Of a stretch of DNA of 64,000 nucleotides, positions 10,374 through 21,090 are shown piece after piece. The DNA is from Akkermansiaceae bacterium (GTDB lineage: Bacteria; Verrucomicrobiota; Verrucomicrobiia; Verrucomicrobiales; Akkermansiaceae). Position 1 is the stretch's first letter. Each line of letters opens with the position of its first letter. The stretch is taken from NCBI GenBank assembly GCA_051251915.1, contig JBPOGF010000008.1, positions 32,001 through 96,000 of the forward strand, read 5' to 3'. The notes under the pieces were generated by a model that was given only the letters and a program-made list of their open reading frames with translations, was not told where the DNA came from and ran no database searches. Position numbers and translations under genes: made by a program.

Positions 10374-10392
10374 ATGTCAAATCCATGTCAAA
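10374..10392 (-). promoter_or_regulatory. Tandem TTTGACAT direct repeat (11-bp period); candidate OmpR/PhoB-type operator
   Basis: ATGTCAAA at 10374-10381 and 10385-10392, 35-53 nt upstream of the operon that encodes the response regulator. Confidence 0.6.
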
Positions 10393-10429
10393 AGATCCAG
10401 TTCTCACTTTTTTAATAAATATAAGCAAC

Positions 10430-10900
10430 TCACTTCCCTAACAATCTCCCATCACTCTCTATCGCCTTCCACCCCCCATGCAGATAAAAAACCTTATCCT
10501 CCGTCTGCAATAACTTCCCAACAATTTTATCCCTCACAAACTTACTACTCCCACAAGCATCCGTCTGGCAAAACACCACCACTCTCCTCCCATCCCCCTT
10601 CGCTTTAAACAAAGTCATCCTCACCTCCCCAGAACTCACCTCCTCTTCAGCATTCGCCTCACTAATCTCCAACGCAGAGGTAAGTTTTACCTCCTTCTCC
10701 ACCTCAGCTCTCGCATCCACCCACACCACATCACCACCCCACTCATCCAGCACCGTCCCTATACAAACCTCATACTCCTCCATCTCACCCTGATCACAAA
10801 CCACACGCCGGTCATACTCCCCGTGTACCAAATAAGTCCCCACCGCACACAACACCGCGATAACCACAAACGCCAACCCCTGCTTCACCCAACTCATCAT
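10430..10900 (-). CDS. Rhodanese-like domain protein with N-terminal TM
   Basis: VWVDAR, VVVFCQTDACGSS, FYLHGGW. Confidence 0.8.
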   Translation of the reverse strand: MMSWVKQGLAFVVIAVLCAVGTYLVHGEYDRRVVCDQGEMEEYEVCIGTVLDEWGGDVVWVDARAEVEKEVKLTSALEISEANAEEEVSSGEVRMTLFKAKGDGRRVVVFCQTDACGSSKFVRDKIVGKLLQTEDKVFYLHGGWKAIESDGRLLGK

Positions 10901-10908
10901 AAATTCAT

Positions 10909-11619
10909 CTACTTCTTAGGATGATCAACCAACAAGAAAATCTGCACCATCTTATAACGCGCAATCGTACTATCAGTATAAAATTTCACCACCCCCATCG
11001 TCGGAGCATCCGTCTTCAGCGGAGTCACCGTCACCTTATACTCCCTACCCTCCTTCATCGTCTCCATCTTATAATCAAACATCTCATCCGTCCCAAACCC
11101 ATACTTATGCTCCACCACCTTAATCGGCGTAGCACTCTCTGCGTCCACCTTAATGCTAAATTCCTTAGCCTCCAGCTTATCCCCCACCTGCCAAACCAAA
11201 GTCTCCTTGTCCGTAGCTATCAACTTAGGAATCGTCACCCTACTCGTCAAAATAATCGACGGCTCATCCCCCACATCCTTATCCGTCCGCACCTTAATCA
11301 CCTTATCAATCGTCCCACTAAATGTCCCAAACTCCAACATCCCAATCAACGTCCCCTTATCCCCAGGAGCAAATACCAAACTATTCTTCTTATCCGCCCT
11401 ATTCAACCTAGCCTCCATACAACTACAAGGCGCATCATAATTCACAATCTTGATCACCTCATCCGTATTATTCACAAAATCAAACTCAATATTCACCACC
11501 TCCACATCCGGCTTCGTCGTCACCTCCTTCAGCTTCTTCTCAAACGTCAACTCGGCACTCATCCCCAACACGGAACACAGCGAATAAATCATCAAAATTT
11601 CTAGTAACTTGCGGAACAT
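10909..11619 (-). CDS. DUF1573 domain (Ig-like) exported protein
   Basis: F.FVN.TD..IKI....APCSC...PGDKG motif; signal peptide. Confidence 0.75.
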   Translation of the reverse strand: MFRKLLEILMIYSLCSVLGMSAELTFEKKLKEVTTKPDVEVVNIEFDFVNNTDEVIKIVNYDAPCSCMEARLNRADKKNSLVFAPGDKGTLIGMLEFGTFSGTIDKVIKVRTDKDVGDEPSIILTSRVTIPKLIATDKETLVWQVGDKLEAKEFSIKVDAESATPIKVVEHKYGFGTDEMFDYKMETMKEGREYKVTVTPLKTDAPTMGVVKFYTDSTIARYKMVQIFLLVDHPKK

Positions 11620-11672
11620 AACGTCACTATATGCCCAATCCTAAGGATTGCCACCACAAATCGTTCCACATC

Positions 11673-12986
11673 ATGCGCCCACAAAAAAAGTTTAACATCC
11701 GTAATTTTAAAGTCAAAAAAACGCTATCCAATGACTCTAAATCGAACAACACCAAGAGCTCAAAAGACATCCCCTTCCACAGAGACCACCAGCTAGAACT
11801 CACCATCCAGTCCCTCTCCAACCACGGCGACGGAATCGCTCGTATCGACATCCCCGACCAAGACCTCACCGCCTGGGTCATCTTCGTCCCCTTCACCATC
11901 CCAGGAGAAACCGTCCTCGCACGCATCACCAGCAACAAAAAAAACTGCTCCCTAGCAGAAGTCGTCAGAGTCATCACCCCCTCACCACACCGCGTCACCC
12001 CAGTCTGTAACCTCTTCCAAGCATGCGGCGGCTGCCAATACCAACACCTAGACTACCCACAACAACTACACTGGAAAACCCACCAAGTAGCAGACCTCCT
12101 CAAGCACCTAGCAGGCCTAGACCCCACCAAGCACCCAGTAAATCCAGCCATCGCCTCCCCCAAAACCTACAACTACCGCTCCAAGCTCACCCCACACTTC
12201 CGCAAACCCTACAACGGCAAAATCTCCAACATCGGCTTCGTCTCCAGACAAGGCGGCAAAGAATACCTAGACATCACCACCTGCCCCATCGCCATGCAGG
12301 AAATAAACGACGCACTCCCACCCCTCCGCCAGAAAACCCACAGCCTCGCCAAACAACACAAAAAAGACACCACCCTCCTCCTCCGTGCCTCAGACAGCCA
12401 CGTAGAAGCAGACCCCTCCGCCATCATCACCGAACACGTAGGAGACCTTAAATTCAATTTCCTCGCCTCCGACTTCTTCCAAAACAACCCCTCCATCCTC
12501 CCCGCCTTCACCAACTACGCCGCCCAGCAAGCCACCGCATCCGGCAGCACCTACCTCATCGATGCCTACTGCGGCTCAGGCCTCTTCGCCCTCACCCTCG
12601 CCAAGCACTTCAAACAAGTTGCCGGCGTAGAAGTCTCAGAAACCTCAGTCTCATGGGCTCGCCAAAACGCCATCCTCAACAACATAACCAACACAGAATT
12701 CACCGCCGCCAGCGCAGAAGCCATCTTCCAAAAAATCGACTTCCCACCAGCCCAAACCACCATCCTCATCGACCCACCCCGCGCTGGCTGCTCCACAGAG
12801 TTCCTAGACCAGCTCTTCACCTACCAGCCCGCCACCTGCATCTACATCTCCTGCGAGCCCGCCACCCAAATGCGCGACCTCCAGAAATTCCAACAAGCCG
12901 GCTACACCATCCAAGACATCCAACCCTTCGACCTCTTCCCCCAAACCCGCCACCTAGAATGCATCATCACCCTCACCAAAACATAA
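11673..12986 (+). CDS. rlmD: 23S rRNA (uracil-C5)-methyltransferase RlmD/RumA family with TRAM domain
   Basis: CGGCQYQH Fe-S motif, FFQNN, DAYCGSG, DPPRAG, YISC, DLFPQTRHLE. Start 11673 or 11631. Confidence 0.88.
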   Translation: MRPQKKFNIRNFKVKKTLSNDSKSNNTKSSKDIPFHRDHQLELTIQSLSNHGDGIARIDIPDQDLTAWVIFVPFTIPGETVLARITSNKKNCSLAEVVRVITPSPHRVTPVCNLFQACGGCQYQHLDYPQQLHWKTHQVADLLKHLAGLDPTKHPVNPAIASPKTYNYRSKLTPHFRKPYNGKISNIGFVSRQGGKEYLDITTCPIAMQEINDALPPLRQKTHSLAKQHKKDTTLLLRASDSHVEADPSAIITEHVGDLKFNFLASDFFQNNPSILPAFTNYAAQQATASGSTYLIDAYCGSGLFALTLAKHFKQVAGVEVSETSVSWARQNAILNNITNTEFTAASAEAIFQKIDFPPAQTTILIDPPRAGCSTEFLDQLFTYQPATCIYISCEPATQMRDLQKFQQAGYTIQDIQPFDLFPQTRHLECIITLTKT

Positions 12987-13007
12987 AAACTTACCTCTAA
13001 CATCATC

Positions 13008-13295
13008 ATGAAAATAAAACCCCAACTCATTTTCATCATCATCACCACCCTCAGCGGCCTCTCACTATTCTTCCTCATATCAATGAAATCTATCAGCCCT
13101 CATCTAGTCGTAGATGCACTACTAGATATAGATTCTCTAAACAATGTCCCTAATCAAGACCTAGGGAAAATGGCATCCATCATAGAAAAAGGATCAAGCG
13201 TCAAAAACATCCACATCACCCTAGCCCTCCTCACCCTCATACTCGGAGCCTACGGCACCTGGACCACCTCCAGAAATCATCTACCTAAACAGTAA
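13008..13295 (+). CDS. Small hypothetical membrane protein (2 TM)
   Basis: 95-aa ORF with two hydrophobic helices. Confidence 0.55.
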   Translation: MKIKPQLIFIIITTLSGLSLFFLISMKSISPHLVVDALLDIDSLNNVPNQDLGKMASIIEKGSSVKNIHITLALLTLILGAYGTWTTSRNHLPKQ

Positions 13296-13358
13296 ACAAA
13301 ATAAGCCACCATGAAACATCATGGCAGCTCAGATACTTGTTAAAAATTAAAACTCTAA

Positions 13359-13880
13359 CTACTTCTCAATACGCCCCAGAATCTCACGGATTTCATCCGC
13401 TATCTCCTGCTTCCCACCAGCCTCATAAGCATTCGCAATCTCCTTCAACGTAGCAAGCTTAGCTGTAGTAACCTTAGCCTTTATAACCTGAAGTTCAGGC
13501 ACCTCATTAGCCGCCGTTAACAACTTACCAAGCCGCGTAAACCCCTCGCTCGTCGCTATTCCAGGCTCATTCTTAGCCTTCACAAGCTCCGCCAGATCCG
13601 GATGAGCATACATAGCCTTCTCATACTCCTTCTCAAGCCCCTCACTCACTTTAGATAATTTATCCAGCTCAGGAGTATCCCCCATTCTGTAACTCAGATT
13701 CTTCATCACGAACTTAGAGATCTTTGCATAAGCTAACGTCACTGCGGTTTCTTCAGTCATCGGCTTCTTTTCCAATTCCGAAAGCACTTTATCTTTTGCA
13801 CTAGTTTCATCTCCACAAGAAGTCATTACAAGAGAGGAGAAAGACAGGCTGAGTATCGTGTATTTTAGGGCTATTTTCAT
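13359..13880 (-). CDS. Hypothetical lipoprotein
   Basis: Lipobox MTSC followed by a helical, charged protein. Confidence 0.7.
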   Translation of the reverse strand: MKIALKYTILSLSFSSLVMTSCGDETSAKDKVLSELEKKPMTEETAVTLAYAKISKFVMKNLSYRMGDTPELDKLSKVSEGLEKEYEKAMYAHPDLAELVKAKNEPGIATSEGFTRLGKLLTAANEVPELQVIKAKVTTAKLATLKEIANAYEAGGKQEIADEIREILGRIEK

Positions 13881-14195
13881 AAATTTTTGTGATAAGTGAA
13901 CAGATTAAAAAGTAACAGTGAAAACGAGTAACTATTAAATGTAATCTTAGACCAATGAATATCATTTGAAACTATCGGCACAAGGATTAATAACCATAAA
14001 ATGAACCACAAACTTCCTCACAATCCTGCTCCCAGCATATAGATCCTTGTTCACAGCTATAAAGCCATCCTCATTGATTCATTTACCTATAAAGAACCAA
14101 CAATCATACATTTATGCGATAGACCACCTTGGAAATTTCTGCGATATTGTGATACAATACACTGACTAAACACGTATATTTTCCATCACACCATT

Positions 14196-15518
14196 ATGAT
14201 CAATCGCAGAAAATCCCTACAAATGCTCGCCTCAAGTTTCAGCGCAGCACTCTTTCCCGGAATCTCCCGTGCCGCCTTCACTGACCCCAAATACAACCTA
14301 GCCGGCGCACCCAAGCGAGTCATCTTCTTCCTCCAAAACCAAGGATTCGACCCCAAAACCTGCATCCCACCATCCTTAAAAAACAGCGGTTCACTAGCCG
14401 GCGTCAAGCTCCCAGAGCCAATCAAAGCCCTAGAACCATACCGTGAAAACATGCACATCATCAGTGGTCTACACGGCCGCCACACCAGCCCATCACACAG
14501 CGCATTCTTCGGCGCACTAGGCGGATACCGCGGCGGTGACGGAGTCGCCCCCAGCGCATCCACCATCGACTACGAACTCAGCAAGATCCTACCAGAAACC
14601 CTCCTCCCCCACCTCTGCATCGGCATGGACTCCCTAGGAAATATGACCGGCAAGCCAACAGTAGCCAACCTCTCAGCTCGCGGCGCAGGCAAACCCATCT
14701 TCATGCACTCCAACCCAAACCATCTCTACCAGATGCTCTACGGAGGCATTTCCCAAGGCGACATCCGCAACCACCACGAAGCCAAATCCAATATGCTCGA
14801 CACCATCGAGCGCCTCTCCGCAGCCAAAGGCCAGTCCCTTCCTCAAGCCGAAAAACAACGCTACGATGAATTCACCCACGGCTTCCAAGACATGAACGGC
14901 CTCCGCGAGCGCCTCAACAACGCCTCAGATCACCTCCAGAAATTCGCACCAAAAGTAGACTCCGCCTACACCAGACCAGAATTCGAAACAGACTGGCATG
15001 ACCGCCTCCTAGACCTAGGCATCTCAGCCCTAAAATCCGGCATCACCAATGTCCTAACAATAGGCTCAGGCCGAGGCGAAATCTTCGGCTCATGGAAAGG
15101 CCTCGGCATAGATAAACAAGGACACAACCTCGGGCACATGGTCCAGAACAACAACCCCATCTGGGACAAAATCCGCCACTACAACTGCCAAATGCTAGTC
15201 AAACTCATGGAACAACTAGAAAGCGTCCCAGAAGGCAGCGGCACCATGATGGACAACACCCTCATCGTCTACACCAGCAACAACGCAGACAAACAACACA
15301 CCAAAGGAACAAACTGGCCCGTCATCCTTCTAGGCAGCTGCGGCGGCGCATTCAAAACCGGACGCTTCACCCAGTTAGACGGCAAACGCCCTATTAATGC
15401 CCTCTACACCACCATCCTAAGAGCCTCAGGCGTCACAGTCGACCGCTTCAACATGAGCGACAAAATGGCCGCCAAATACGATTCCACCACAGGACCACTC
15501 AGCGAGATCTTGGCATAA
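14196..15518 (+). CDS. DUF1552 (HXXSHH) family protein, Tat-exported
   Basis: NRRKSL Tat motif, [28 protein letters not shown]...NWP.ILLG. Confidence 0.8.
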   Translation: MINRRKSLQMLASSFSAALFPGISRAAFTDPKYNLAGAPKRVIFFLQNQGFDPKTCIPPSLKNSGSLAGVKLPEPIKALEPYRENMHIISGLHGRHTSPSHSAFFGALGGYRGGDGVAPSASTIDYELSKILPETLLPHLCIGMDSLGNMTGKPTVANLSARGAGKPIFMHSNPNHLYQMLYGGISQGDIRNHHEAKSNMLDTIERLSAAKGQSLPQAEKQRYDEFTHGFQDMNGLRERLNNASDHLQKFAPKVDSAYTRPEFETDWHDRLLDLGISALKSGITNVLTIGSGRGEIFGSWKGLGIDKQGHNLGHMVQNNNPIWDKIRHYNCQMLVKLMEQLESVPEGSGTMMDNTLIVYTSNNADKQHTKGTNWPVILLGSCGGAFKTGRFTQLDGKRPINALYTTILRASGVTVDRFNMSDKMAAKYDSTTGPLSEILA

Positions 15519-18052
15519 TGAAAAAATCATCACTCCACCTAACTGTTCTAGCCATCCTAGCAACAGCTACCTGCTCTGCCCAGACAGAGACAGAAACATA
15601 CACCCCAGGTATCCCCATCCCTCAAGATTACGAGAGCTTCGCCCTCCCATTCATCGAGCACAACTGCACCGACTGCCACGATGACTCAGAAGCAAAAGGC
15701 GACCTAGAACTCCACAACATCGGCCCAGTGGATGAGACCAACGTCGCTGTCTGGAAATCCGTCTGGGCACAAGTCGCCATCCAGGAAATGCCGCCAAAAA
15801 AGAAAGACCAACCAGAACTCATCGAGCGCCTCAAGTTCTCTGACTGGATCGTCGCCGAGCTAGACCGCGTCATGAAGGATCAAGGCGGATTCAAAGCCCA
15901 CCTAGAACCCAAAAAAGGAAACTTCCTCCACCACTCCCTACTATTCAAAAACCTCCCATCAACCATCCGCCTAGTCCCCACCTCCTCACCAGCACGCATC
16001 TGGCGCATCACCCCCCAAGAACACATCACCAGACTCAACCAGTTGATCAACACAGAACCCAAATACAACCCAAACAAACCCGGCCTCAGAACCCACGGAG
16101 ACGTAGTCCCCACCAACCACGGCGGCGAACTCAAACTCTACTTCGGCACCGACCGTATCATCGACTACCAAGGCGGCACAGTCGCCTACGCCACCGCCGT
16201 CAAAAGCGTCCCAGCCATCCTCGCCTCTAACCGCAAGCACGGCTTCGAAAACTACGCCCACTTCTACAGCGTCAACAGCGCAGAAGCCACCCAGATCCTA
16301 GGCATGGCAGATGACATCCTACGCTACATGGCATACGGCCCACTCAGCATCGCCAAGCCAGAGCAAATCACCGATAACCCAAAGACCTACAAAATGGAAG
16401 GTGACATCAGAGGCCTCCTCTCATCCATCGTCTACAGCACCAAAACAGTCCGTCCACTAACCCCCGTCTACGATCTCATGAAACACCCAGAGATCACAGA
16501 CCAGCGCCTAACAGCCGCCATAAACTACCTCTTCGAATCCCTAACATTCCGCCCCCCAGCCCCAGACGAGACCAACGAATACCTAAAAATGGTCAAAGAC
16601 TCCATCGTCAAAGTCGGCAGAGAAGACGGCATCTTCATGGGCCTCTCCTCCATCTTCCTCCACCGCGATGCCCTATTCCGCCCAGAGCTAGCTACAGCAG
16701 GAACCCCAGACGAACACGGTCGCGTCATGCTCCAAGACTGGGAACTAGGACTAGCTCTAAACCACGCCCTCAGCTACATCAAGCCAGACCAACAACTCCG
16801 TGACGCCATCACCCAAGGCCGCATGCGAACCCGCCAAGACGTAGAACGCGAGCTCACCCGCATGCTCGCAGACGACTCCATCCGCAAACCCAGAATCCTC
16901 ACCTTCTTCCAAGACTACTTCGACCACGACCTAGCCGGCTACATCTGCAAAGACACCCAAGCCCTAAATCAAACAGGCATCAACAACAAAGAAGCCCAGC
17001 ACTACCGCGCCATGTTCAATGCCAAAGCCAGCACAGACCGCCTCATTGAACTCATCCTAAAAGAAGATAAAAACGTCCTCAAAGAACTACTCACCACCCA
17101 GAAAGTAGTAGCAGACGCATCAGCCAAAACCTACTTCGGCAGACAACTCGCAAAAGATGAAATCATCAGCACAAAAGAAGCCGCACAAATTCACGCTATC
17201 AAAATCAAAGAACTAGAAGAGACCATAGAAAAACTTGAAGCCGAATTAATCACTGACTTTAACAAAAAAAGAGCCACAAAACCCCTAGACATAAAAAAGA
17301 ATGAACTAGCTAAACTCAAAAAGCAAAAGCCCAACAAGAAAAACAACCCCGCCATCGCCCCAGCAAACCTCAAAGGCCCCAAAATCTACGCCCGCGTCAG
17401 CCGCACCTCATTTGGCAAAGGCAGCATGAAACCAGACCGCATCCTAGCCTCAGCCCCAGAAGGCCAGCGTCTCGGTATCCTCACCCACCCATCCTGGCTA
17501 GTCTCCCACACAGACGCCATGGACAACCACGCCATCCACCGCGGCATCTGGATTCGTGAGCGTCTCCTAGGTGGCGGCATCCCAGATGTCCCCATTACCG
17601 TAGACGCCCAGCTCCCAGATGAACCACAAAACACCCTCCGCCAGCGTATGCGCGTCACCCAAGAAAAAAGATGCCTAGCCTGCCACGATAAAATGGACCC
17701 ACTAGGCCTCCCATTCGAAATGTACAACCACGCAGGAGTCTTCCGCACCACCGAGAAAAACAAACCCGTCATCACCACCGGAGAAATCATCGAATCCGGT
17801 GACCCCTCCCTCGACGGCCCAGTCTCAAACGCCCTAGAAATGATCCTGAAACTAGCCGAAAGCGAACGCGTAGAACAAGTCTTCGTCCGCCACGCCTTCC
17901 GCTTCTGGATGGGCCGCAATGAAACCATCCACGACCGCCCCGTCATCCAAGCCGCCCACCAAGCCTACCGCAACAGCAACGGCAGCATGAACGCTCTCAT
18001 CAAATCCCTCCTAACCTCAGATGCCTTCCTCTACCGAAAACAGGAGAACTAA
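15518..18052 (+). CDS. Planctomycete-type cytochrome c with DUF1592/DUF1588/DUF1585 domains
   Basis: Heme motifs CTDCH and [46 protein letters not shown] coupling to the DUF1552 gene. Confidence 0.82.
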   Translation: MKKSSLHLTVLAILATATCSAQTETETYTPGIPIPQDYESFALPFIEHNCTDCHDDSEAKGDLELHNIGPVDETNVAVWKSVWAQVAIQEMPPKKKDQPELIERLKFSDWIVAELDRVMKDQGGFKAHLEPKKGNFLHHSLLFKNLPSTIRLVPTSSPARIWRITPQEHITRLNQLINTEPKYNPNKPGLRTHGDVVPTNHGGELKLYFGTDRIIDYQGGTVAYATAVKSVPAILASNRKHGFENYAHFYSVNSAEATQILGMADDILRYMAYGPLSIAKPEQITDNPKTYKMEGDIRGLLSSIVYSTKTVRPLTPVYDLMKHPEITDQRLTAAINYLFESLTFRPPAPDETNEYLKMVKDSIVKVGREDGIFMGLSSIFLHRDALFRPELATAGTPDEHGRVMLQDWELGLALNHALSYIKPDQQLRDAITQGRMRTRQDVERELTRMLADDSIRKPRILTFFQDYFDHDLAGYICKDTQALNQTGINNKEAQHYRAMFNAKASTDRLIELILKEDKNVLKELLTTQKVVADASAKTYFGRQLAKDEIISTKEAAQIHAIKIKELEETIEKLEAELITDFNKKRATKPLDIKKNELAKLKKQKPNKKNNPAIAPANLKGPKIYARVSRTSFGKGSMKPDRILASAPEGQRLGILTHPSWLVSHTDAMDNHAIHRGIWIRERLLGGGIPDVPITVDAQLPDEPQNTLRQRMRVTQEKRCLACHDKMDPLGLPFEMYNHAGVFRTTEKNKPVITTGEIIESGDPSLDGPVSNALEMILKLAESERVEQVFVRHAFRFWMGRNETIHDRPVIQAAHQAYRNSNGSMNALIKSLLTSDAFLYRKQEN

Positions 18053-18096
18053 AATTTCACTTGCGCTAATCTTCACGTGTTCGAAGTTCTCCCATC

Positions 18097-19203
18097 ATGA
18101 AATTCAGAACCGCCACACTAGCTGCCGCATCCACCGCCCTATTCACCACAGGAACCTCCGCCCAGAGCCTCCAAGAAACCCTAGACGCCCGTAAAAATAA
18201 TTTCCTCAAAAAGGCCCCAGAAAAAACTATCTCCAGCCAAATCCAAGCCCTCACCGAACTCGAAGCCTCCGGCATCTACCACCGCGTCCTAAAAGTCGGA
18301 GACAAAGCCCCAGACTTCACCCTAGGAAACCCTGACGGCAAACAAATCCAACTCTCCACCCTCCTCAAAGACGGCCCTGTCATTCTCACATGGTATCGCG
18401 GAGGCTGGTGCCCATACTGCAACATCGCCCTCAAAGCCCTAAGCGACAAAAACCCCGAGTTCAAAAAACACGGAGCCACACTCGTAGCCCTCACCCCAGA
18501 ACTCCCAGACACCACCGCAGCCTCCGTAAAAGAACAAGGCCTCCCATTCCAAGTACTCTCAGACCTCAACCACAACGTAGCCACCCAATACGGACTAAGC
18601 TTCGAGCTAAACGAATCCACCCGCACCCGCTACCAAGAAAAATTCAAACTAGAACAACGCAGCGGAAAAGAAGCCGCCAAGAAACTGCCACTCCCCGCCA
18701 CCTACGTCATCGACACAGACGGCACCATCACCTACGCCTTCGTCGATGCCGACTATCGCCGCCGCGCAGAACCCTCCAGAATCATCGACGCCCTAAAAGC
18801 CATCAAAAACGGCCCCTCAGCACGCCATCTCCTACTCCAGTTCTGGGAAAACACCTGGAACCCACCCTACGACCTCGACCTCATCGACAAAAACATGTCA
18901 GAAGACTTCATTCTAACTACCGCTGGCAAAGACATCGTAGGCCGCCCCGCATTCAAAGCCTGGGTCAAATCCTCACTAGATAAAACCAACGGCCTCAGAC
19001 TCCAAAACCTAGACTGCTTCGAGAACCCAGAAGGCACCCGCGTAGTCAGCCGCTGGATCACCCACGCCAACTCCGGCAACGTCCCAGACTCCAGCACCCC
19101 AAACACCCACCCCTACCATTTCACCGGCATCGCCCTCTGGTCATTCAAAGACGGCAAACTCACCCACAACTGGGTAGAACGCTCCGCCCCAGTCATGAAA
19201 TAA
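18097..19203 (+). CDS. Exported peroxiredoxin-like (AhpC/TSA) protein fused to a C-terminal SnoaL/NTF2-like domain
   Basis: GDKAPDFTL, YRGGWCPYC, PATYVID..G.I..DYRRRAEP; C-terminal FWE..WN, VVSRW, FTGIALWSFKDGKLTHNW. Confidence 0.78.
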   Translation: MKFRTATLAAASTALFTTGTSAQSLQETLDARKNNFLKKAPEKTISSQIQALTELEASGIYHRVLKVGDKAPDFTLGNPDGKQIQLSTLLKDGPVILTWYRGGWCPYCNIALKALSDKNPEFKKHGATLVALTPELPDTTAASVKEQGLPFQVLSDLNHNVATQYGLSFELNESTRTRYQEKFKLEQRSGKEAAKKLPLPATYVIDTDGTITYAFVDADYRRRAEPSRIIDALKAIKNGPSARHLLLQFWENTWNPPYDLDLIDKNMSEDFILTTAGKDIVGRPAFKAWVKSSLDKTNGLRLQNLDCFENPEGTRVVSRWITHANSGNVPDSSTPNTHPYHFTGIALWSFKDGKLTHNWVERSAPVMK

Positions 19204-19261
19204 ACACACTCTTTACCTCCCCTTTACACAAGTACCGCTAAATTCTGCTAACCTCTACCCC

Positions 19262-20299
19262 ATGAAATACCTAGCGCTACTAGCCATCTCCCTCCTCACC
19301 TCAACTCTACTAGCAGAAGAAAACCAAAAGCTAACCACCGATCAAATCAAGCAATACAAAGTCTATGAAAATGTCGAAGTCAACGAACTAGAAGCCCTCC
19401 CTACAAAACAACCTGAAGAGTCTCAACACCCCACAAAATCACCACAGGAAATAGATCCCTCCATCAAAAAACAAGCCGTCAGCAACCTCAGCACAACCCT
19501 AAAAAAACTAACCGACTCCCCCATCCCCAAACTAAAAATTCAAAACGGGTACGACGCAGACACAACAATAACACTATCTGGCCGCAATGAACACTGCTTC
19601 ATCTACGCCACATTTGACAGTAACCAACAAATCTCCTACCTCTCACTATCACAAAACACCCCTCCACTATCTGGCGATAAAATGACCTCAAAAGAGTCAT
19701 TCCAAACCTACGCCACCAAAATCTACCAACTCATACACAACACCCCTCCCCTAGGAACTGCATCCTTTCACCATGACGGAGACGGTCTAACCAGAGCCTG
19801 GGAGGAAGAAGGTTGTCACTGGCACCACACCATTAGCGGAGTCCAAATCCCTGAACTGGGCGGGACCTCTCTAAAACGCGACAAACGTGACGGATACTTC
19901 AACTGGCTACTAAACTTCAGTAAAGGTGCTACAACTATGGATGTAAAACACCTCGAAGACCACCTTTCCAAACACCCCGTCAACCTAACCAAAGAAGAAG
20001 CCTACGCCATCGCCGTAAAAGCCAGTGACCAACTAGGAATCACCCACGAAAGTAAAGACACTTGGATTACCTATTCCCTCACCTTTCAAACTCTTCAGCC
20101 ATCAATGCCAGTCCCTACAATAAACGGAGAGAATTCCCTCAAACAATGGAAACAAAAAAACACTCCATCCCTCTCACTCACCACCCCCATCTACTGCACC
20201 AAAGTAACCCTCAGCGAAGGCCTCAACCTAAACGAATTCTTCCTAGACTGGACCACCAAAAAAATCATCCACGTCAACAGCTACCGCCAAAGCTGGTGA
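19262..20299 (+). CDS. Secreted hypothetical protein
   Basis: 345-aa ORF with signal peptide; extended -10 TGcTAACCT 7 nt before ATG. Confidence 0.7.
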   Translation: MKYLALLAISLLTSTLLAEENQKLTTDQIKQYKVYENVEVNELEALPTKQPEESQHPTKSPQEIDPSIKKQAVSNLSTTLKKLTDSPIPKLKIQNGYDADTTITLSGRNEHCFIYATFDSNQQISYLSLSQNTPPLSGDKMTSKESFQTYATKIYQLIHNTPPLGTASFHHDGDGLTRAWEEEGCHWHHTISGVQIPELGGTSLKRDKRDGYFNWLLNFSKGATTMDVKHLEDHLSKHPVNLTKEEAYAIAVKASDQLGITHESKDTWITYSLTFQTLQPSMPVPTINGENSLKQWKQKNTPSLSLTTPIYCTKVTLSEGLNLNEFFLDWTTKKIIHVNSYRQSW

Positions 20300-20308
20300 A
20301 TCTAACAA

Positions 20309-21064
20309 CTACCACAACCCATACTTAGCAAACTGCAATGCATAAATCCCCATCAACAAATTTGAAACCCCATGCATCACAATACAAGCCGCTAAGCTCT
20401 TCGTCCACACAGCCAAGAAATACATCAGCGTCCCATAAACCACCGCCCCTGCATAATCCACCGGCTGGTGAATAAACACAAAAGCTAACGTCGTCACAGC
20501 AAAAGTTAGCCAGCTAAATTCACCAAAAGGAATCTTCCAATACTTACCATCCATATTCAGTAAAAAACGCATCAAGAACCCACGCCAGAAGATCTCCTCC
20601 ACAAACGCCACCACCACCGCAGCCCTCAGGAAACGAAATATAGTCGTCGCCCAGATCGCCGTAGGATTCGTCATATCATTGGTATTAAACCCATCATCAC
20701 GAGCCGCCACACCAAGATGCTTCAGCCATCCAGCACTCTCCTCAGTATACCCTAAAGCTGTATAAAGATGAGTCGGCAGAATCCAAAACCCTATCCCCAC
20801 AGCCCCCATAATCGCACCAATAATAATCCTCTTATCCCACTTGATCTCATAGTGCCTCCAGAAAAATACTAACATCGCACCACAGATAAGCGTCTGTAAT
20901 GGATAAAACCAATGCTCAGTCATCTGCCACCACGCAGCATCCGGATGATCCCATTTCAGACCGCTCTCATCTATCACAGACAACACCAAATTCAGCACCA
21001 TAAAGGTAGCAAGTGGCACCACATGCGCGTATGTCTTATCGTTCCTTATCTTAGCTAAATCCAT
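20309..21064 (-). CDS. CAAX prenyl protease-related protein (CPBP/Abi; TIGR03008-like)
   Basis: VEEIFWRGFLMR, FVFIH, HGVSNLLMG; WFYP motif near the N-terminus. Confidence 0.82.
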   Translation of the reverse strand: MDLAKIRNDKTYAHVVPLATFMVLNLVLSVIDESGLKWDHPDAAWWQMTEHWFYPLQTLICGAMLVFFWRHYEIKWDKRIIIGAIMGAVGIGFWILPTHLYTALGYTEESAGWLKHLGVAARDDGFNTNDMTNPTAIWATTIFRFLRAAVVVAFVEEIFWRGFLMRFLLNMDGKYWKIPFGEFSWLTFAVTTLAFVFIHQPVDYAGAVVYGTLMYFLAVWTKSLAACIVMHGVSNLLMGIYALQFAKYGLW

Positions 21065-21090
21065 TTTTTGTTAGTTATCGTTAGATCTTG

